The notes under the pieces are model-generated. The model was not told the origin of the DNA, ran no database searches, and saw only the letters and a program-made list of their open reading frames with translations. Shown one piece after another: positions 59,178 through 64,000 of a stretch of DNA of 64,000 nt. The stretch spans positions 1,244 through 65,243 of the forward strand of contig DAOUSN010000004.1 of the NCBI GenBank assembly GCA_030627205.1, given 5' to 3'. Each line of letters opens with the position of its first letter. Position 1 is the stretch's first letter. Origin of the DNA: Methylococcaceae bacterium (GTDB taxonomy: Bacteria > Pseudomonadota > Gammaproteobacteria > Methylococcales > Methylomonadaceae). The position numbers and the translations under genes are program-made.

Positions 59178-62100
59178 TTACGCAGTCATCATCGCTTGGA
59201 CAATTTCCAAACTTACATGACTAGCCAAATATTCATCAATAGACGTTAAGCCCGCTAATGCCTTACGATTAATGTTATCTTGTTCGATAATCCAAGCAGT
59301 TGAACCAATGGAATTAATACTTTGTACATCACGGTTTATTAATGTCATTTTATAATCCGTTAGCCGTTTTGCTGCAAGTAAGGATGCCAGTTGTTCATCA
59401 TTATAATTACTGTAGGCTTCACGGATACTTTTAACTAACACGTCTTGCAATTTGCGCGGTCTTTCAATGATTAATTTAAACACATCATCTGTTAATTTTT
59501 CAGCAAGATCTATTACGGCAAAACTATTAATCAATTTAAAACTTAATTCGGTATCAATATCACCATAAATGGGAACTGCCCCATTAAATAAGGGTTTATT
59601 CCTTTGATGCGCTTGCTTAACGTCTGCAATTTGTTGTTGAGCGAAAGCAATTGATAATTCTTCTATCATCGCTTTACGTTCCATGGTTTGTTGTAAAAAA
59701 CTGGCTGTTTGCGTTTTATATAACCATAACGGCACTGCAAATTTAAAATAACCACGTTCTATTAACCAATTTTCCAATAAAGCCTTTGCTTTTTCAGAAT
59801 TTGTATACTCAAAATGCTGCGTTAGCATCGCTAAAATAAATTGTTCATGGGCTTTAGAGGTTTCTGTTTCTTCCGTTAAACAACGAATTTCTACCGAAGT
59901 TTTATCATACACCTCTTTTAACCGATTATCAGGGTCGTATTGATACGCATTCCCGCCCGACATCCCCGTGCAAAAACCCTTACCAAATCCGCCTAAATTA
60001 AGCACCGACCCATTAATCATGTATTCGCAACCAAAATCACCGACCCCTTCAATAACTGCCATTGCGCCTGAATTTCGTACTGCAAACCGATCGCCACCTT
60101 CCCCATTAATAAAGGCTTGACCCCCCGATGCCCCAAATAAAGCAAAATTACCAATTAAAACATTTTCACCTGATTTTATCGTACCACCGCCGGGTGATTT
60201 GACAATAACCGTCCCGCCACACATGGTTTTACCGACCCCATCGTTACACGTTCCCGTATGCTCCAAACGCATGCCATCATTTAAAAAAGCCGCATAACTT
60301 TGTCCTGCTGACCCTGTGGTGCGAATAATAACGCTATCAGGGGCAAAATAATGTCGCCCATGTTGATTAGTATAAATAATCGGGGAAGTTGCTCGTTGTT
60401 CATCCGTCAATTCATATTGCAATAAACGTTCAATATCAATAGCCGTTTGTCCTCCCACGGTTTTATTCAAATTATTTAATTTAAACTTCTTACCTTCAAT
60501 AATAAGCTGCGATTGATTTTTCTTAATCAAACTGTTTTTAACTTGCTCAATAATTAAGTCATCAATTGAAAAATTAGCTTCTAAATAAATCGGTTTGTCA
60601 ACTTTTAAGACCTCAACTTGCGCTAATAAATCGGTAAAATCTAATTGTCCCACCATCGTAGGATGATTAATAAGGTGTAATAAATCCGTTTGACCTCGAA
60701 TAGCGGTTAAACTTTGATAGCCTAAATCCGCTAAAATTTCACGGACTTCATGGGCTAAATTCATGAAATATTGCGCTAAAACACGGGCATCGCCTTTAAA
60801 TTCTTCATGAGCCGTGGTTAATCCAGCGGGGCATTTTACATTACAATTTTTTGCCATCACACAACGAAGCATCATTAATGCGGTCGTACCAAATTCAAAT
60901 GAATCCGCTCCCATAATAGCTGATTTCACCACATCTAAACCGCTTTGATGCGCTGCACTGCAACGTAAAATAACTTTATCACGCAATCCATTCACCACTA
61001 AGGCTTGATGAACTTCTGCAATTCCAATTTCAGGCGAGCGGCCTGTATGTTTTAAACTAGTAACCGCAGCCGCTCCTGTTCCGCCTGAATTTCCTGCCAC
61101 ATTAATAACATCTGCGCCTGCTTTTGCAACCCCCACCGCAATTGTTCCAATGCCTTCGGAAGACACTAATTTAACCACTACTTTAACCCGTGCGGCTTTG
61201 GCATCATGAATTAATTGCCCTAAATCTTCAATAGAATAAGTATCATGGTGCGGCGGCGGACTGACTAATTCAACTTTCGGCGTTCCACCCCGTAATGAGG
61301 CAATTTCAACCGAAACTTTCATCGCAGGTAATTGACCACCCTCCCCCGGTTTTGCCCCTTGAGCAATTTTTATTTCAATTTCTTCACAATTAGAATCGGC
61401 CAAATAACCTGCCCAAACCCCAAAACGACCTGAAGCAAATTGTTTGATTTTACTAGATTTTAACGTTCCAAAACGACTAGAATGTTCGCCGCCTTCGCCT
61501 GAATTACTTAATGCACCCGCAATATTTGTTCCCATTGCAACCGCTTCATGCGCTTCTGATAATAACGCCCCATGACTCATTGCACCCGTCGCTAAAGTTG
61601 CGATAATTTCATGAGCAGGTTGAACTCTATTTAATTCAATCGCATCGGGGGCGGTTTTAAGGGTACTTAAATAATTAGTTAATAATTCATTATGCAATAA
61701 TTCATTATGGGATAAATGATTATCAATGCAGGTTAAATTAATGGATTCTCTATCAAGGGTGGCTTTAAAACTTGCTGCCTCAAACCGATTTTCAAAATGA
61801 TTTAATAATTCATACAACCGTGATTCTGTATTATTCGTCGTAAAGGTAATTTGGAAACCCGTTCTTATCACGCGAACACTTAAACCCCGAATTAAATAAT
61901 TATTATTACCGCGTAAATTTTGCTTATTTAAAATAACATCAAAATCGTCCCTTGTATTCGCTGTAGAAATATCGGCAGGGAAATCAATAACATCACGCAA
62001 TGCCGCTGGGCGAGAATCACGTTCTAAATATAAATTTTTAATAAAACTACGATAAGCAGGCGTAACACCAAATGCATCAATTTGTGCTGGCGTGCGTTTT

Positions 62101-64000
62101 TGATAACCAAAATCGGTATAAGCCGTATCACTCGCAACGCTTGATTGTTGCTGAGGAATATATAAAATAGCTTCATCGGTCATTTTAATATATTCTCGCA
62201 CAGAAACATTACCAAAGCTATGTCCTGCCCCTTCTTGACGTTCTTTAAACAAACCTAAAAAAGGAATGTCTTTTTCATCAGTTATGCCTAAAGATTTGTG
62301 ATGCCATTCCGTCGCACTCGCCGCGAGATCAGCATATTGAACGCCTCCTACAGAAGCATGAATATTAGGAAAATAACCGTTTAATTTCGGTTCATTGGTA
62401 TCTAAATAATTCGATTCAAAAAATTCACCTCCAATATAACTTTCAGCGGTACATAAACCAAATTTCCCCATGATTTTCATCAAAGATTTAGTCACCCCTG
62501 CTTGAAAATTATCCAAAGCCTGCTGTTGGGTTTGCTCATCTTGATACTGCGTCATTACTCGATTATGAACACTTAAAGGACAAATGGCTGAAGCTCCAAA
62601 ACCTAAAATAGTCGCCACATCATGTGGACTCGCTGCTTGCCCTGTTTCGATAATTAACGACGAATTAAAACGCAACCCCTGTGTTACTAAGCGTTGATTC
62701 GCGGCCGAAATCATTAATAAAGCAGGAATGGCCGCTTTTTCAAGACTAATATTTTTATCACTTAAAATGATAATCCCAATATTATCCCGTGCCGCTTGTG
62801 CAATTTGATTACAAACCTCTAATAACGCTTGTTCTAATTGCTGCTCATTCGCCTTTTTATGGTCATAATTAGGGCTATATAGCATGGCTAAAGTAACCAC
62901 ACCGACGGCTTGTTGTTGATAAATTTGGGCTAATTGAGTGCGTTGCAAAACAGGAGAATCAATGACTAATTGTTGAGAATTACCCCCCGAAAAATTCGGT
63001 TTAGCCCCTAAAGCAACCCGTAAAGTCATGCCGTCACTTTCACGCAAAGAATCTAAGGGTGGATTAGTTACTTGAGCAAATCGCTGACTAAAATAACGTG
63101 ACATCCCGCCTTCTGCTTTTGATAATGCGTTAGGCGTAATCCCATAACCCATTGCTGAAACTTTCTCTAAACCCACTTGTAACATAGGGTCAAGTAAGAA
63201 CTTAAAACTTTCTTGATTTAAGGAATAAGCCGTGTGTTGCTGTTCAATGCTAAAATCGTGCTGATTATCAATAGTTGATAATTGAACTTTATCTAATTCG
63301 GATAAATGAATACAACTTTCAGCCAATAATTTTTTATAATCTTGTTTAGAGGCTAACTGTGTCATCACTTCATGGCTGTTATAAGACCGCTGCGTTTCAT
63401 GGTCAAAATATAACATCCCACCCGCTTCAATACGCCCTCGTTTTAAGACTTGTTCAGGCGGAAAATCAATTTGCCCTGCTTCCGACATTACAACCAGATA
63501 ATCATCCGTTTCAATCGAACGCAAAGGACGTAAACCTAAGCGATCTAAACGCGCACCCACACGAATACCATCATTAAAAATTAATGCCGCTGGCCCATCA
63601 TTTTTTTCTTCGTAAAGACTAAAATATTCCAACATGGCACGAACATCTTCAGATAAAGAAGTATCGTTTTCCCACGCAGGCGGCATCATCGCTAAAACAG
63701 CCGTCACAATATCTAACCCATCTTCATTAATACGACGGGTTAACGTTTGATCTAAACGCCCTGAATCGGATTGCCCTTTAGGAAAAACAAGGGATTTATT
63801 ATGATGGCTAGCAATGGCCTTTTCACTCAACCTATTTTTTTTATCCGTATTTAATTCACCATTATGTGACATATAACGAAATGGCTGTGCCATCATCGTT
63901 GCAGGTTTAGTATTTGTTGAAAAACGGGTATGGAAAAATAAGGTACTAATTTCGTGATCTGTATCGTATAGATCTATAAAATAAGGGACTACTTCATTCG
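59178..64000 (-). CDS. gltB: Glutamate synthase large subunit, atypically long (5' end outside window)
   Basis: The frame is open to nt 64000 (…HTRFSTNTKPATMMAQPFRYMSHNGELNT). FMN-domain blocks GAMSHGAL, SNSGEGGE, IKQFASGRFGV and KIAQGAKPGEGGQLP are present, as is SPPPHHDTYSIEDL. Cluster motif CVMAKNCNVKC and a C-terminal GXGXG beta-helix region. Confidence 0.93.
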   Translation of the reverse strand, partial: NEVVPYFIDLYDTDHEISTLFFHTRFSTNTKPATMMAQPFRYMSHNGELNTDKKNRLSEKAIASHHNKSLVFPKGQSDSGRLDQTLTRRINEDGLDIVTAVLAMMPPAWENDTSLSEDVRAMLEYFSLYEEKNDGPAALIFNDGIRVGARLDRLGLRPLRSIETDDYLVVMSEAGQIDFPPEQVLKRGRIEAGGMLYFDHETQRSYNSHEVMTQLASKQDYKKLLAESCIHLSELDKVQLSTIDNQHDFSIEQQHTAYSLNQESFKFLLDPMLQVGLEKVSAMGYGITPNALSKAEGGMSRYFSQRFAQVTNPPLDSLRESDGMTLRVALGAKPNFSGGNSQQLVIDSPVLQRTQLAQIYQQQAVGVVTLAMLYSPNYDHKKANEQQLEQALLEVCNQIAQAARDNIGIIILSDKNISLEKAAIPALLMISAANQRLVTQGLRFNSSLIIETGQAASPHDVATILGFGASAICPLSVHNRVMTQYQDEQTQQQALDNFQAGVTKSLMKIMGKFGLCTAESYIGGEFFESNYLDTNEPKLNGYFPNIHASVGGVQYADLAASATEWHHKSLGITDEKDIPFLGLFKERQEGAGHSFGNVSVREYIKMTDEAILYIPQQQSSVASDTAYTDFGYQKRTPAQIDAFGVTPAYRSFIKNLYLERDSRPAALRDVIDFPADISTANTRDDFDVILNKQNLRGNNNYLIRGLSVRVIRTGFQITFTTNNTESRLYELLNHFENRFEAASFKATLDRESINLTCIDNHLSHNELLHNELLTNYLSTLKTAPDAIELNRVQPAHEIIATLATGAMSHGALLSEAHEAVAMGTNIAGALSNSGEGGEHSSRFGTLKSSKIKQFASGRFGVWAGYLADSNCEEIEIKIAQGAKPGEGGQLPAMKVSVEIASLRGGTPKVELVSPPPHHDTYSIEDLGQLIHDAKAARVKVVVKLVSSEGIGTIAVGVAKAGADVINVAGNSGGTGAAAVTSLKHTGRSPEIGIAEVHQALVVNGLRDKVILRCSAAHQSGLDVVKSAIMGADSFEFGTTALMMLRCVMAKNCNVKCPAGLTTAHEEFKGDARVLAQYFMNLAHEVREILADLGYQSLTAIRGQTDLLHLINHPTMVGQLDFTDLLAQVEVLKVDKPIYLEANFSIDDLIIEQVKNSLIKKNQSQLIIEGKKFKLNNLNKTVGGQTAIDIERLLQYELTDEQRATSPIIYTNQHGRHYFAPDSVIIRTTGSAGQSYAAFLNDGMRLEHTGTCNDGVGKTMCGGTVIVKSPGGGTIKSGENVLIGNFALFGASGGQAFINGEGGDRFAVRNSGAMAVIEGVGDFGCEYMINGSVLNLGGFGKGFCTGMSGGNAYQYDPDNRLKEVYDKTSVEIRCLTEETETSKAHEQFILAMLTQHFEYTNSEKAKALLENWLIERGYFKFAVPLWLYKTQTASFLQQTMERKAMIEELSIAFAQQQIADVKQAHQRNKPLFNGAVPIYGDIDTELSFKLINSFAVIDLAEKLTDDVFKLIIERPRKLQDVLVKSIREAYSNYNDEQLASLLAAKRLTDYKMTLINRDVQSINSIGSTAWIIEQDNINRKALAGLTSIDEYLASHVSLEIVQAMMTA
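61681..61710. repeat. 15-nt tandem duplication inside gltB
   Basis: AATAATTCATTATGC / AATAATTCATTATGG (14/15 identical). On the coding strand it encodes HNELL-HNELL. Confidence 0.85.

Noticed and set aside
1-64000. Scan for CRISPR arrays, rRNA operons, IS elements, transposases, prophage genes, and a tmRNA or RNase P RNA
   Set aside because: I noticed no regularly spaced direct repeats. No ORF has transposase, integrase, capsid or terminase-like motifs. Intergenic regions are short, apart from AT-rich promoter regions. The only RNA genes I could support are tRNA-Arg and ffs.

Overview
Densely packed chromosomal window from an AT-rich Gammaproteobacterium. This placement is an inference from hemCDXY, dusB-fis, ffs-dnaX-ybaB, RegB/RegA and the ribosomal protein genes. 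MtdB-type methylene-H4MPT dehydrogenases and a SoxY-SoxZ fusion hint at a methylotrophic or sulfur-oxidising Thiotrichales/Methylococcales-like lineage. Most of the window is housekeeping: ileS-lspA, aroE, hemCDXY, purM, modAB, NAD-IDH, pbpC, waaC, sdhCD, ribE, eptA, tRNA-Arg(CCU), regBA, dusB-fis-purH, dnaX-ybaB, 4.5S RNA, truA, petABC, cobTU, ribF, hemH, folE, dusA, sbcB, fbp, xthA, rpmE, gltA, rplM-rpsI, cysJ and a 5'-truncated gltB. I saw no CRISPR array, rRNA, transposase or integrase. The best candidate for a novel system is a very AT-rich two-gene module at 57412..59156. It pairs a DUF262 (ParB/Srx-like, DGLQR) protein with an ATGA-overlapping MAE_28990-type HEPN protein (RNNIAH). The module sits between gltB and cysJ and looks like a split GmrSD-like sensor with a HEPN RNase effector. 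Other items worth a second look:
- an orphan trypco2-like gene where sdhAB would be expected after sdhCD
- an atypically long gltB with no gltD
- a triple-receiver protein heading the regB-regA-tRNA unit
- an orphan nrdJb-like gene
- tandem MtdB paralogues
- a stand-alone SoxYZ fusion
- a zeta-kinase-domain protein cut by the window edge, next to a Uma2 nuclease coupled to lspA
- a composite inverted/direct repeat upstream of usp-cobU-cobT
All calls rest on reading the sequence and the ORF translations by eye; no searches were run.
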